64,000 nucleotides of DNA from the human T2T-CHM13v2.0 reference genome, Homo sapiens (GCF_009914755.1 NC_060929.1), one strand, 5' to 3'; numbered from the stretch's first letter, positions 1 to 35,050 are shown. Numbers and translations are program-made. Notes: generated by a model from the sequence alone, not told the origin.

Positions 1-489
1 TTGATGTAGATGTAATAAACGCAAAGAGCATGTGAGGTCAATTCTAGAGAGAACTGAAAGTAAGAAACACCTCTGAAAACAAAATCTTATGACATTTGAG
101 GTCTTTATATATAAGAATTTCAGTACATATGCAAAGGTAAATGATCTGTTTCCGAGACTCAGTTTTGGCAATTTAGTCAAATTTGAAAATTAAAAGAAAA
201 CTTACATTTTAAGGACTGACCTGTTTATGCTTCTAGTAAGTGGAATATTCTGGCCTAAGTTTAGGTTGGAAAGTAAATCAAGTGTATTAGTCCACTTAAT
301 GAATGTTTATCTAGGCAAATATTGCCTGTGAAATTATCCCCATGAAAGTTTATGCCTTTAACAAAATAAGAAGTAGACAATGCCACAACCTAACGGATAT
401 AAATAATACATTATGTAACAGCAATCAGGTTTGGTTTTTAACTTTATTTCATACATTCATGAATGAATTCATTCCAGAGGCAATTTCCA

Positions 490-4388
<3,899 letters not shown>

Positions 4389-5262
4389 CAAATACAGCTG
4401 TTATGTTTTCCGTGTTTTTCCCACTCTACCATTGAGTCATGGTAAGTTTCATACATATTTTTAAATGGCATACAAAGGATGTGTGGCCAGAACTAGGCAA
4501 ACTACACTTTTTTCTTCATGTTTGTGACTATGAGAAACTGACTTAGATCTATTTGAAGTCAGGTTTAAAAATGGCATGCTTTTGTGTATCCTGAAATACT
4601 TTTGGTCTGCCAATGACCCAGTATGTTTCTAACTCAGGTGACACTGTTTCTTATTACATAGTGAAATGGGGATTGCTGACCCCTGGGTCTTCAAGCAGAG
4701 AAAACTTAAGCTGATGTGTTTCTGTAGTTGGAACTGGACAGGTCTTTGCTACTGTGTTAATTAGATCATACAGGCTGAAGACAATGATAGAGGAATGTGG
4801 CAATAAAACCTTTGGTGTACATGGAGTCAGGATTTTATTTTCTGCTTGAATACATGGGTATCATTTAAGCAAAATTAATATTTTAACTGCTTGCCTTATA
4901 AAGAGGTAAGTGAGAGACATGATTATTTGCTTTGAAAAAGAATTCTTTTCGTAATTCATTTATTAATTTAAATGCAGTGTTTGCTTAGTATGGTATAATT
5001 GATATATCAAATTTCAATTTATGTATAACTTTATCAGAACACATCTCTACTACCAAGTGATGTGAAGTGAGATATTCACTGATTCCACAGCTCCGATGTA
5101 GTTTTCCTTTCATCCAGAATGGTTCTGGTCATTTGTCTCCACTGTCAATTTACACTCAGGAAATAACGTCTAATTTTTATAATAATCTAAGCAAGTCTCC
5201 TCAGTAAAAAAGCAACTTTGTTGAAGCAAATCTTAAGAATAATCTAGAAATATAATGATAAT

Positions 5263-5560
5263 GGCCGGGCGCGGTGGCTCACGCCTGTAATCCCAGCACT
5301 TTGGGAGGCCGAAGCGGGCGGATCACAAGGTCAAGAGTTTGAGACCAGCCTGGCCAACATAGTGAAACCCCGTCTCTACTAAATACAAAAATTAGCTGGG
5401 CATGGTGGCGGGAGCCTGTATCCCAGCTACTCGAGAGGCTGAGTACCTTGGAAACAGAAGGTAGAGGTTGCAGTGAGCTGAGATGGCGCCACTGCACTCC
5501 AGCCTGGGCAAAAACAGCGAAACTCTGTCTCAAAAAAAAGAAAAGAAAAGAAAAAGAAAT
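5263..5560 (+). mobile_element. AluS
   Basis: GGCCGGGCGCGG start, A-tail, TSD gaaatataatgata. Confidence 0.9.
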
Positions 5561-7898
5561 ATAATGATATTGAATAAGAGCTAGGGTTTGGTAATTTAAG
5601 TGATCTAAATCTTTTAGAATTTTCAGAGGTAATTAGATTTTTTAAAGGATCATTTAGTTTTTGAAACTCCGAACTCAACTAAACACTAACAGGATGAAAA
5701 CAGGTGTTGCTACTGTGGAATGAGCCTAGTGTCATCTGTTTCTAGTTCTGTAATTGGAGGGACCCCACTGCCTGGCTGGCTCCTTGGAGGCTCTGTTTGG
5801 CTCAGCAGCTCCAGGCCTCCCACCAGGCAAAGGGAAGGAGAACAGGAAGGACTTACATGCCTAGTCAGCCTGTATAATTTATATAGCCTGTTCTGTGACC
5901 CTCTCTTTTTACTAGTGGAGAATCCCTTAAAAGCAGCCACAGTTGTTTTAGGACCAATGAAAGGAAATGCCCTTTTTTTCATAGCTGCTTATAAACATAT
6001 GTAACCTATTACAAGAAGTTACATAAGTCAGAATTTAAACTGGTCCAAATTGTCGGGCTCTGATAAAAGTAGGAAAATTGATTTTCCAGTTAAATCTAGG
6101 TGAGAGTGTCATTTTCCTTCTTTTTAAAGTTGCACAAAAATATCAACAAGCTTCACACCAACTCATACCAAGCAACGTGTTTTCCTCCTAAATTTCATTT
6201 TTGTTGTAATTTTCAGTTTGACTTCGGTCTTGATTCTTCTTTTTCTCTTCCCTTCCAGCACTCACCTTCCCCACGTAGTTTTATAGTGTTGTGATTGGTG
6301 GCTAGTGGAGGTATAGGATTTAAATTAGATATGTTGCTATGACTTCATAGCCATACCCTTGGCCTTTTCCTTCCTGTTGTGCAACTGTTTCTGTCTCTCT
6401 TTCTAGCTCCGTCTCTGTCTCTCTCTGGGGACAGAAAAGTTACTCATTTCTAATATGGGGGGAAATTTTCTCGTTTATTATAAATCTTTCCCTCATTTGT
6501 GTTTTTTAAAAATACACGGAATGATAAAAATATAGCTCTCTACGTTGCAAACCCAGTCCTCCTTTTATTCTTAGACATTTCAATCTTTAGTCTTCTTTGA
6601 TTCAGCTCTTTTTCTCTTCTCAGTGTGCAATATGGTGTCTATCTGTACTTACCTACTCACTGGCATTGTCCATTGGCTCCAGATTCTACCCAGCCTACCC
6701 TTGATGGCTCTCTAATCTCTGCCACTTCTAAACTTCTGGTTCATATTTCCATTGGCCTCATCTGTATTTCCAATTGGATGTCTGATGAGCACCTCAACTA
6801 CAGCAATTTTAGAATTAAATTTCACCCATTATCACTGTCCAGAAAACACCTGTTTACCTCCTGGAATCAGTATATTCTTTTACTTCTGCCTTTTTTCACT
6901 TGCCAGCCAGCTCTTAATATCTTAATTTGTTTCTCTTTTTCACTGTTCATATCCCATCAGAAAAAATATCTTGTCCATTCTACCTCAAAAGTGTGCTCTT
7001 GTGATGGTATAAATACAATATTGTGAGAGCACTAAGGAAAAAAACACTTAACTGTGCCTTTCAGAGTCAGGAAAACTTCCTAAAAGTGGTATTTAAAAGT
7101 GAAGTTTGTGAACTACTTCCTTTTCATCCTGTTTTGATATCTTTACAAGTTTGTTTTTCTAGTCTGTAAGCTTTTAAAGAGCATGAATTTGTTATTTATA
7201 TGTTAAATGTCTCACAGTATGTGAGAGGTGAGTGCTTAATGTTTATGAAATTGATAACTGTGAATGAATGTCTGCAGCCTACCTCATCTAGTCAGCTATC
7301 TTGCGGTGTTCTTTCATACTCCTTTTCCAACCACGCTACGCTTCTCTTATTCTTCAATAATTAAGCATGCTTGTCTTAACTCTGTACCATTACGCATGTA
7401 ATTAATTTCCTTTGCAAAATACTCTTATGGTATCTTTCCTCCCTCCAATTGGCTAGTCCTCCTTTCATTTTAAAGATTTTGTTCAGACGAGACCCTTCTG
7501 AAACATTTGTAGACTTCAGTGAACATCATAAATGTCTAATAAATACTTACTAAATGAATAAACCAAGGAAGTTATATTTCCCTTTAGCCTTCTCTTACTA
7601 TCTCCTGGACAAATCACTAATAGTCTTTTTATTCCACTCTTTTTAATCACCATACTAGGAACTCTTAACACATAATATGACCTCAGTGGTTACATTTGAA
7701 ACTCTGAAAGTAATCAAAATAATAAGCAGCCATTATATAATGTGGGTAATGTTCCACCAGGCATTAAATGGCTATCTTGGCAGGCAGTACAGTGTTTCTG
7801 AAAGTCACCTACAGTGTTTCTTCCTGGACCTCCGTGATATGGGTAAACACAGTGTAAGTTTAGTAATTTGAATAATATGCTTTCCACTCAATCACTAG

Positions 7899-7972
7899 GT
7901 GCCAATGAACTGGCTGTGCAGAAAGCAAAGGCAGAAATCACCAGGCTCATAAAAGAAGAGCTGATCCGGCTG
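7899..7972 (+). CDS. DDX46: DDX46 penultimate coding exon (74 nt): (S)ANELAVQKAKAEITRLIKEELIRL
   Basis: Acceptor tcactag| at 7898 and donor |gtgagt at 7973. Translation matches the recognised C-terminal region of human DDX46/Prp5 and joins in frame to the last exon. Confidence 0.95.
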
Positions 7973-7999
7973 GTGAGTGAAAACCTTAAAGTTTCGTTT

Positions 8000-8990
<991 letters not shown>

Positions 8991-9609
8991 TAAACAATGA
9001 CTTAATTTGATTTTGGAAAAAGCCCTTTACAGACTGCCTTTCCCGAGGAGGTAGACATGTCCTTGTGTCTTTAGTGCCAGTTGCAGCTTATAAACACTCC
9101 CTACAGTGTGTACATTTCCTTTGAAAGGAAACGTTGTCTTTTATCTAAGTGTAATTCTGAGAGCTTTTCTAAAATTCCCCTCACAGAGCATTCCTTTTTT
9201 TGTTGGGGGGTGGGGGTGGTTAGAAGTTTAATGAAAAGTGGGTTCACAAAACAAGAGGGAAAAAGTAAAACAGCTGTTAAATCATGTGCTTAATACTATT
9301 TCACCAAGGAGTGGTCGAAAAGAATCTTGTGCCCATAGATGCTACCACCATTAGGTTGATTCAAAACATAGTTGTTAAGGAATAGTTGAGTGAACAGAGA
9401 ATTCATTAGTTATTGAATAGTTTTTCCTTTCTCAATGCAGTAATAGTAACATTTAAAATTTTAAATAACCAATAGTTTTATAAGTTGGCAAAGGAAATGA
9501 TCTTAAATATTTCCTTTTGGGTTTGTTTGGTTGGTTGGTTGGTTCGTTTTTTTTTTTGTTTTTTTTGTTTTGCTTTCTCTGATGACATATCTTTTATTTC
9601 CTATTACAG

Positions 9610-9657
9610 CAAAATTCATACCAACCAACAAATAAAGGAAGATACAAAGTCTTATAG
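9610..9657 (+). CDS. DDX46: DDX46 last coding exon: QNSYQPTNKGRYKVL*
   Basis: Polypyrimidine tract plus ttacag| acceptor at 9609; TAG at 9655-9657; conserved GRYKVL C-terminus of the Prp5/DDX46 family. Confidence 0.95.
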   Translation, partial: QNSYQPTNKGRYKVL

Positions 9658-10628
9658 ACATCCGGAAAAAAGATTTTTACCTGTGCTGGTCTATGATGTA
9701 TGTGGCAGTTGCTGTCTGCAGTTTACAATGTATTGTAAATGAAGATTTTTTAAATTCTATCTTGCTGATTTTTTTTAAATATAAGAAACTGGTACTTGGT
9801 AAAGAAATCTGTCCGTAAGTACCCCCACAATCAGTCAAACTATATTTAAAGCCAGCCTGTTTTCAGAGTATGATGTCCTTTAATGTAAACTCAAATATCA
9901 ATATTTTAAATGTCCGGATAATATTCTAGAGGTTTAAAAAATGGAAATATTTGAACTTTCTATTGAAGACAATAAAGTACACAAGTCGTTAAGGGGCTAT
10001 TCACTTTATCCTGTACTTTCAATGAAATTGTGATCATTTCCTAAGAAAAGGTAAAATTCACTATCATATTTTGTGTCCCCACCTTGATGTTACATGACTC
10101 TGGAACAATATGAACTGGATTTAAGAATGTTATAATAGAAGTCTTACAAAATGGGTTGAGAGTTTTTGTTTCAATTTTTATCATCATAAATGGGCAAAAA
10201 GTAGTTGGACTAATTTCGGTTTTTATACAAGTAAAGATTTAATAGTATAAGGATTTTTTTGCATTTCTTTACACTGAGTGTAAAACTCTACAAAGAGTTA
10301 TAGTATTTACTACTTTGAGGTTTCCCTCACAACTTCTGGCTCCATACCTAGCCCCTCTTTTATAATCTTCCTTAAAAGAAAGAGTGTAGCCTATAAATAC
10401 TAAATATGATACCTTTTCCTTCTAGAAAGTGTTTATTTATATATCTATACATGTTGTATGTACAAATATCCTACTACTTTTAATCTGATTTTTCTTCAGG
10501 ATTATTGAGTAGGTTGTGAATTTTCTTTCTTAAAAATTGTAAAACATAATGGTACCCAAGTTTTAAACTTAGATGTGCTTCATCTTAGTGAAATTTAATT
10601 CACAAGGAATCATAAATTGTGTTTTTGA

Positions 10629-10903
10629 GGCTGGGCGCAGTGACTCACACCTGTATCCCAGCAATTTGGGAGGCCGAGGTGGGCAGATCACTTGAGGTCA
10701 GGAGTTCAAGACTAGCCTGGTCAACATGGTGAAACCCTGTCTCTACTAAAAATACAAAAATTAGTCGGCATGGTGGTGGGTGGCTGTAATCCCAGCTACT
10801 CAGGAGGCTGAGGCAGAAGAATCTGAGCCAAGATAACACCATTGCACTCCAGCCTGGGCGACAGAGTGAGACTATCTCAAAAATAAATAAATAAATAAAT
10901 AAA
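10629..10903 (+). mobile_element. AluS in DDX46 3'UTR, (AAAT)n tail
   Basis: Alu consensus with a deletion in the right arm. Confidence 0.9.
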
Positions 10904-11059
10904 TAGTATTTTTGAGCCTTCAAGATACAGTTCCTGAATATTCTAATTTAAATTGTTATAATTGGATTACCTAATATTCTTTTCAAGACTCCTGATGTAT
11001 TAACTTCATGTTATTGTCACTTTTCAAAAAAGGAATTTTTTTCAGGAGTTAAATAAAGT

Positions 11060-11398
11060 CAGTCTTTTATATCCAAGGGTTTCAAACCCACAGATTAAAC
11101 CAACCACAGATCAAAAATAGAAAAAAAAAAAAAAAGAAAAAAAGAATGTAAAATTTTAAAAATACAGTTTAACAGCTGTAAAAGTTTTACTATAACATTT
11201 ACATTGTGTTAGGTATTTTAAGTAATTTAAAGGTTACAGTATACAGGCGGTTAAAGTATACAGGAGGATGTGCATCGGTTATATGCATATAGCAAGCCAT
11301 TTCATATAAGAGGCTTGAACATCCATGGATTTTGGTATAGAGGAGGGGTTTAAGGGGTGTCCTGCAATCAGTCCCCCTCTCATACCAAAGGATGACTG
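11060..11398 (-). mobile_element. MER2 (TcMar-Tigger) DNA transposon relic in DDX46 3' region
   Basis: Ends cagtc...gatgactg; internal aagtatacaggaggatgtgcat and catccatggattttggtat resemble the MER2 consensus. Confidence 0.75.
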
Positions 11399-12276
11399 TA
11401 TATTTCTTAAATGAAGAGACTTTCATTCTTTAAATATTATTGACTTACAGTTTAAAAATAAATAAATAAAAGCATACTATAGTTGTAAAAACAAATAATT
11501 TTAATAGTATATTCAGTGGCTGAAGTGATAGGGAGTATTAATCATTATTTCTTCAGTATAAAGTTATTCTTCCTGAAAAAGTAAGATATACCTGGGAAAT
11601 ATTCTTGGATCCTTCACACATCCACTTAATTTCTTGAAGGAAGAAAACAGACAAAAGACATGTAACAACAGAAACAAATAAACCACTTACTGTAAAATTT
11701 CAGAAATTGTGGGCTCATTCCCTCCCTCTAGTTTATTTATTTGCTCATCTTTATCACCTAATGGTAGTTTGTTTTCTTTGGTAGAGTATATGGCAGTCCC
11801 ACATCGATGATAATTGGTGCTCCCTTCATCCAACTGGATCACTTTGAGATTCAGTTTTACATCATTTTAGCATTTTGTTTGTATATCAGTTGTGATGAGC
11901 CACTGATAAAATTTTGTTCTAAAATGAAACATATTACTTTGTTAGTACATTTTTTAGTGTCACACTGACTTTTAAAATTTGAATGATATATAGACTTTGT
12001 TTTTTTAATGCAATATGAATATTTGCTCATGTTTTCTAAATTCCTTATAAAATAAAATTAATTCGAATTCAATCTGCACTTTCTTAAAATTATCTTTCCT
12101 CAATGCTTTTTCTTTCTTCTGTTTCTCTAATTTTGTTTATGTTGGTGAGAGAAGTATTATACTCTCTATTTTTATTTAAAAAATTCTAGCAACTTATTAC
12201 CCAAAATATTTATAATTCTGTTCCAAAAATGTCTTCCTGAAGAAGGCTCTTAAGTCTTTTATGTTCATTGTATTTA

Positions 12277-14178
<1,902 letters not shown>

Positions 14179-15587
14179 TAGCCCAATGTGGGCCATTCAA
14201 ATACTCTTCCAGTCAGATTTGAGTCTAGAGCTGTCAGTTCTTCACATTTTGGTACATAGTTTTACCTACGAATGGGAATCTACTGACATTTTCTCATGCC
14301 TTCTGCTTCTGGCATACTGAAGCTTATCTTTTAAAAAGGTACGTGTATGTATATTTATGTGTGTTAAGTATCAGGAGTGAGAGAGTAAATGTATGTAGAG
14401 GGGTGAGGGAGAGTCTTAACTATTTAGTTTGGGTGTAACCATCAGAAAGCAAACTTACTGAAGTGAGATGCTTAACTTGGAGTATAGCAATGTCTTACAT
14501 ACTGGTTAATGAAACATCTGCTCTACTCTTAGGTCAGCTCTCTGGAGCTAAAGACAGCTACGTTTCCCTTACCAGGTAAAAATTCCCTGATATGTTGACT
14601 GTTAACGGATATTTGAAGGCCTTCTAAAAATATATATAAATTTATTATTTTTCTCAGGCAGGGGTCCAAGTAGGAATGCAAAGAGAAAGTGTAAAGGTAT
14701 TCTTCACAAAGTCCCCACAGTATTGACTTTCCCCTTTAAAAGTGCCTTTTGGTTTAGCTGCTATGTGTGTGTGAGTGCATACTGTCAAGTTACATGACTG
14801 GTGAGGAATTTACTTTTGATTATTTGTCTTGAACTTGTTCTCTTCCAAATATGGCAACAACTTACAGGAGTTCATGATTTTTTTCAAACTCAAGCCTTAA
14901 AGAAGAAATTCTAACTTTGCATTAACCATGTTCTTTTGGGAAGAAAAAAAAATATGAAGTAAAAAGGGAAGTTTAACCTTTTGGGGGAATTGGAACTCAA
15001 CATTACTCTCACATGTTAGGATTACTTTAAAAGACAGAATTTCAGAATTTAAAAAACTAATCATTTTTAATATATAGAAATACCTAGTTGCCCATGTTTT
15101 GAATATTAGTCTCTCTTCACAACTTTGCATACTGTGTAATAAGGGATATGTGGGACGATTCAGTGTGAAAAACATGTTCTTTCTACAGAAAAAGCTTTTC
15201 ATTTGAACTTGGTAGTGATTGGATTTTTAGCAGCCTGGCAACTTCAGGCACTTCTGTAGCAGCTTTGGATGTTAGAGTGTCCTTGGCCTTTATCCCTGAA
15301 ATCCTAGGAGGCTCTCAAGTGCCTTCCAGCCATTCCCAGAAACCTTGAAGGCAACATCTTTTCTCTGTGCCTTTGCCTAAGGGAGTCTTTCTGGAGCTGA
15401 TACTCCCAAAAGTATACTGTTAACTTTGGAAAAGAGTCCTCCCTATCCCCAAACCAGCCCTCAGCCTGTGTCTGTGGCACAGGATTTGGAAAGCTTGGCA
15501 GGGCTGGATGCTTGGGAGCTTCAAAGAGAGCATAAATTCCTCTGTAACTTTTTATTGGTTTAATTTTGCTCCTGAAAATGTGTCTGG

Positions 15588-18225
<2,638 letters not shown>

Positions 18226-18239
18226 ACTTTATCTGTTTT

Positions 18240-18395
18240 TTCATATATAAAATTCAGATATAATATGTACATCTTAGGATTGTTATGAGGATGAGGTGAA
18301 ATAATACATTTAAAGCATAAATATGCTTAAAGCACGTAAAAATAGTGCCTGGCATATGGTAAGCATTCAATAAATGTTGGCTGGCACTATTATTA
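18240..18395 (+). mobile_element. MIR fragment
   Basis: ggattgttatgaggat..aataatacat..agtgcctggcatatggtaagcattcaataaatg core. Confidence 0.7.
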
Positions 18396-18431
18396 TAATG
18401 GGTGAATAGGGGTAGATTTTCTTATGCTCTC

Positions 18432-18786
18432 TGCTATACACTGAATGTTTGTACCCTCCCCCTACCCCCAAATTCATGATGTTGAAACCTAATTCCCAAT
18501 TTGATAGTATTTGGAGGCCTTTGGGAGGTGATTATGTCATGAGGGCTAGTGGGATCAGTGCCCTTATAAAAGAGACCCCAGTGAACTCCCTTGCCCCTTC
18601 TGCCATGTGAGAACATAGCAAAAAAAAAAAAAAAGCTGTCTGTGAATCAGAAAGCTGGCTCTCTACCAGACACCAAATTGGCCAGTACTTTGACCTTGGA
18701 CTTTCCAGCTTCCAGAGATAAAATTTTGTCTTTTGTAAGCCATTCAGTCCATTAGTTTGTTATAGCAGCCAAAACAGACCAAGACC
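18432..18786 (+). mobile_element. ERVL-MaLR solo LTR (MLT1A/MST-like)
   Basis: tgctat..tgaatgtttgt..ccccaaattcat start, gcccttataaaagagacccca, end tttgttatagcagcc..aagac. Confidence 0.8.
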
Positions 18787-18916
18787 CTATCTTTCTTTTT
18801 ATTATTGATATAAAGCTATATATTTAGCAGGGACAGTCAGCTGTTACTGATAAGTTAAAATGTACAAAGCAAGATTCATTTTTTTCCTATGTATATGAAA
18901 GTATCTAAGAACACTT

Positions 18917-21789
<2,873 letters not shown>

Positions 21790-21790
<1 letters not shown>

Positions 21791-22077
21791 GAGGCTCATC
21801 TGAGCCTTGGTATCCAGAGTTTTTATTGGAGCTAATTATGTAGACATGATTAATTAGCCATATGGCTGATCAGTTTTCAGTCCCTCAGGAGGTGGAGCTG
21901 ATACCATGTGACCCAGCTCTTTCACACTAAATCACATTGTTAGACTATCTTGCATGACCCACGGCCCCAGGCAAACAAAAACACTATGAAGCATGACATT
22001 CCAAGGGTTTAGGGATTACTTCCAAGAAGCCAGCAGTAAAGGCCAGACTGTTCTTTGGCAAGGTTAAATTTTTTACA
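21790..22077. mobile_element. MER21-like LTR fragment
   Basis: tccagagtttttattgg..aatcacattgttagact..ggccccaggcaaacaaa..aaggccagac..ggcaaggttaaatt motifs. Confidence 0.65.
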
Positions 22078-22260
22078 CCTGCCCCTCTACATCGTAGAAG
22101 GGCCCGTTTCCTCAATTTTTTTGGATTATGTTATTTCTTCAATTCTCTCTTAGCTTTTCATCAGAGGTAAAAATAACGTTTGTAGTTTCCAGTTACTACA
22201 GCTAGATTATGGTGTAGTAAGAAAAATCTCAGTGATTTCTTTTTTTTTTTAATTTTTCTG

Positions 22261-25585
<3,325 letters not shown>

Positions 25586-25629
25586 TGGAATGATGTTTAG
25601 AATCATGTTATGAATCTCCGTCTGCCAAA

Positions 25630-26060
<431 letters not shown>

Positions 26061-26739
26061 TTTGAATGAATGGGCTTGCTTGTTTCGTGTGTTGTGTCCT
26101 GGCTTGTGTGTTTGTCCAGAAAAGTTGTTTCTCCTCCTTTCTTTCCTACTGGCAGGGCAGTACCTGGCTCAGGGCTGTGCTTATGGTAGAACTCAGTTCT
26201 ATGAATTGTCCATCCTCAAATATCCTTCATTACATGGGGGAAAAGGGCAAGCATCCTCCTCTAGCCTCTTCCCACTGCTTAATAAAGTGTCTCCCTTTCA
26301 GTAGCTGCCCTAATTCTGGATCCTCTCCATTCTGACATCTGGAAATTCACAGGAGGAAGGAGTGAGGAAATGAATCCCTTCTAAGTGGGTTTGTGTGAGG
26401 TGACTGATATGTCAGATATCTCACAAGAAAAACATAATAGCGGTAGTTTGTTGTTCCATCCTTTCCTGTGATTATGGAATAATGAATGCGACAATTCCTG
26501 GGGCGTGGTGGCTTACGCCTGTAATCTGCGTGGATCATAGGATGTCCCATAAAATAAAGCTTTTCATTATCACATGATCCTGGGCATGAAGAGTCCCAAC
26601 TCCCCTGACTATCATTTATTTGTCCTGTATCTAAGAAATGGGGTCAGCAGGAGTTCCAGCATCTCAGAATTGTGGTGAAAACCAATACAAGTAAGGAAGT
26701 TATTAATTCCCCATTTGGTGGGTTCCTCAACCCCAGCCA

Positions 26740-27520
26740 CTGGGGACGGTCCACGCCGGATCACCAGCAGCTCAGGCTTAAGGCCACGACGCGCAAGCGC
26801 AGCCTGCCAGCCTGGCTCCCTCCCAAAGCTTGCGTGCAGGTTGGCGGCGGGAGATCGGGTCTCGCGATGCGAGTGAGCGTGTGCGTGCGCGGCCCTCGCG
26901 AGCTCGCGCACGCCGCCTCTAACACTACAGGGTGGTAGCGGCCTCTTCGTACTGCGTCCGGGGCAGGACCGTGCGCGGCGGCCGCGGCGGGTGCTGGGAG
27001 CCAGCGCCTGCCTCGCCGCCGCCCTCGCTGCCTGCCACTCCGTCTTGGCCCGTTCTCCGCACCGTGCAGAGGCGGCGGGCTGGGGAGGGAGCGGCGCCAG
27101 CACGAGGTTCCCAGCCGCTGGGAAGCCCCTAGACGCGCCGAGGGGCCGGGCTACGAGCGGCTGAGGTAGGTAGGGGTGCGCGGGCTGGTCAGCCGGCCGG
27201 GAGCGGGGTAGGGCGGCGGCGAGAACGGGCGCCTCGCTGACCGGGGAGAAGAGGCCTCCTGCCAAGGGGCCCTAGTGTAGCCGGAGTGAGAGGAGGGGCC
27301 CCGGACGTAGCCTGCTCTTCCCCGGTGTGGAGCCATTACGGGGGGACATTCCTCCTGCGGCGGGGGGAGGGAGCCCCCTTTCTTTTCTTTGAGAGGTCAG
27401 AATCCGCAGTCCGCCCTTCGCCTTTAAATAAAAGCCTGCCGGCTCGAGATCGGCGTCGCGATGGAGTGCCCGTGGACTTCTACGCTTGCGGAACTCCGAG
27501 TGGACGGATAGCGGCTTATG
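26740..27520. promoter_or_regulatory. C5orf24: CpG island / promoter of C5orf24
   Basis: Very GC- and CpG-rich non-repeat stretch with TCTCGCGA-type and GCGTGCGC motifs, upstream of the C5orf24 coding exon. Confidence 0.85.
26920..27165 (+). other. C5orf24: C5orf24 non-coding exon 1 (5' end approximate)
   Basis: Donor GAG|gtaggt at 27166 inside the CpG island, followed by G-runs. The downstream coding exon has an acceptor only 3 nt before its ATG, so an upstream exon is needed. Confidence 0.65.
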
Positions 27521-28206
27521 AATTTTGCTTTTTAGAGGGTACACAACCCTTTCTCTAGGGTGGCGTGCATCTTCTGCAAACTTGTTATTGCCAATACGCT
27601 AATAGTCGCTTTCAGCACACAACAGGTAATACATTCTAAACGCCTCGTGTCAAAATAAGGAGAGTCCTTATTTGTGCACCGTGGGGCACAGTTAAGGAGC
27701 AGGAAGAAGACAAAGGAGGCCGTTATTTATGTGCCGTCCTATTATCAAAACTTTCCGTGGTGGGGCAGGGTGCGTGGCTATTGGCCTCTGCTGAATGGAC
27801 TTTCAGAGTGATTGAGGTGAGTTGCAAATCTTCATTTAGAATTATGAAACGTATATGATTATACATAATAGTTAGTCAAATGACCTGAAATAAATCTCTG
27901 AGAATTACGTGATCTTTGATCTTTGGAGAACAGAACTTGGGTTTCTTGAAAGGAAGCTTTCTCCATGTTTAGAAAGCTTCAGGGATGCTTTGTGAAGTTA
28001 CTAAAAATAGTTACATTTCTTTATGTTGGCAGTAATGACTGCCACATTCAAGAGAAGAGAAAGGAATTGTTCTATAAAGAACGGCTCATTTTAGGGGTTA
28101 AACTTTAGGAGTTAAACACAATAAAACAACTTCAAGGATGGTAAGTTTTAGCTTATGCTTTAAGTATTCGAATTTAGTCACAGTCCAAATATATAGAAGC
28201 TCTTAG

Positions 28207-31728
<3,522 letters not shown>

Positions 31729-31871
31729 GCACGACTAATTTTTTAATGGTATGTTTTTTTCAGTGTGGATTGATATCTGAGTCAAGGATAGTGGCATTTT
31801 GCCTCTAAAAGCCTAACATAATGTAAGCTGAGACTGTATATCCTGAGTTCTCTGATAGATTATGAATGTTC

Positions 31872-31907
<36 letters not shown>

Positions 31908-31949
31908 TACACACACATACATATTTTATACATACAGAAATACATATAT

Positions 31950-31984
<35 letters not shown>

Positions 31985-31988
31985 TTTT
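31872..31988. repeat. Compound microsatellite (TA)n(CA)n followed by (TTTA)n
   Basis: Read directly. Confidence 0.9.
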
Positions 31989-32354
31989 TGTTACCCTCCT
32001 GGTAAGTCACAGAACTTTTTTTTTTCCCCCACAAAATTTTTGTAAATTTTTGTATTTTTAGTAGAAACAGGGTTTTGCCATTTTGGCCAAGCTGGTCTTG
32101 AACTCCTGACCTTAGGTGATTTTCCCGCCTTGGCCTCTCACAGTGCTGGGATTGTAGGCGTGAGCCATCGTGGCCATCCTGGTTGTCTTTACTAATTCTG
32201 GCATTTGCTTTTCTTCCATTTGGAAACCAAATCTATTTGACTTTGCAGTAAGAAAGAATTTGTGGATATTTGGTGAGGAAGAGGCTAAAAAGGTGAATAA
32301 AAACTTAAGTGAGAATATTTTAAGTTGGGTCTGTGTTTTCATTTTAGTATAATC

Positions 32355-32586
32355 AAGTGATTTCATGGTGAAGGGTGGATTCCCCGCCCCCCACCCCCCA
32401 GGGAACATTTGGCAATGTCTGGAGAAATTTTTCATTGTCAAATATTTAGGGGAAGGGAGAGAGGTGTTGCTACTGACATCTAGTGGGTAGAGGCCAGGGA
32501 TGCTGCTAAACATTGTACAATGCAGTGGACAAACCACAACAAAATTATCTGACCCAAATGACAGTGCTGCTATTGAAAAACCATGG
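32355..32586 (+). mobile_element. MER20 (hAT-Charlie)
   Basis: ggaacatttggcaatgtctggaga...catctagtgggtagaggccagggatgctgctaaacat signature. Confidence 0.85.
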
Positions 32587-32870
32587 TATGCTACATTGTA
32601 AATTGTTGGTTCTGAAGTTGAATCATCAAAAGTCATATTTGGCTAACCATTTCCTAATGTGTGACCCTGGCAGAATGCTTAAAGTCTGTAAAATAATATT
32701 GTATGTTCCTTATAGGCTTGTACTGAGGATTAAATCAGATAATGTGCAAAGAACCAAGCTTATTGCCTGGCACATAACAAAATCCTAAAAAATTGCTAAC
32801 TTTCAGCCAATACTATGTTTGGAACTCATCTTGAGAGTCTCCTTTTTTCTCATCTGAAATTAGAATTTGA

Positions 32871-35050
<2,180 letters not shown>

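Larger units (their letters stand above)
9658..12075 (+). other. DDX46: DDX46 3'UTR with several candidate polyA signals (AATAAA at 9971, 11052, ~11460, 12051); distal end uncertain
   Basis: AT-rich sequence after the stop codon with AATAAA hexamers read directly. The actual cleavage sites cannot be determined from sequence. Confidence 0.6.

Noticed and set aside
14330-14660. Splice-like sites downstream of DDX46 (possible read-through exons)
   Set aside because: Only moderate matches, of the kind expected by chance; no coherent exon chain visible.
26612-27265. 217-aa minus-strand ORF over the C5orf24 promoter
   Set aside because: Stop-poor CpG island; low-complexity A/R/P composition with no recognisable domain.
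32112-32636. 174-aa minus-strand ORF
   Set aside because: Runs through MER20 and Alu sequence; chance open frame.
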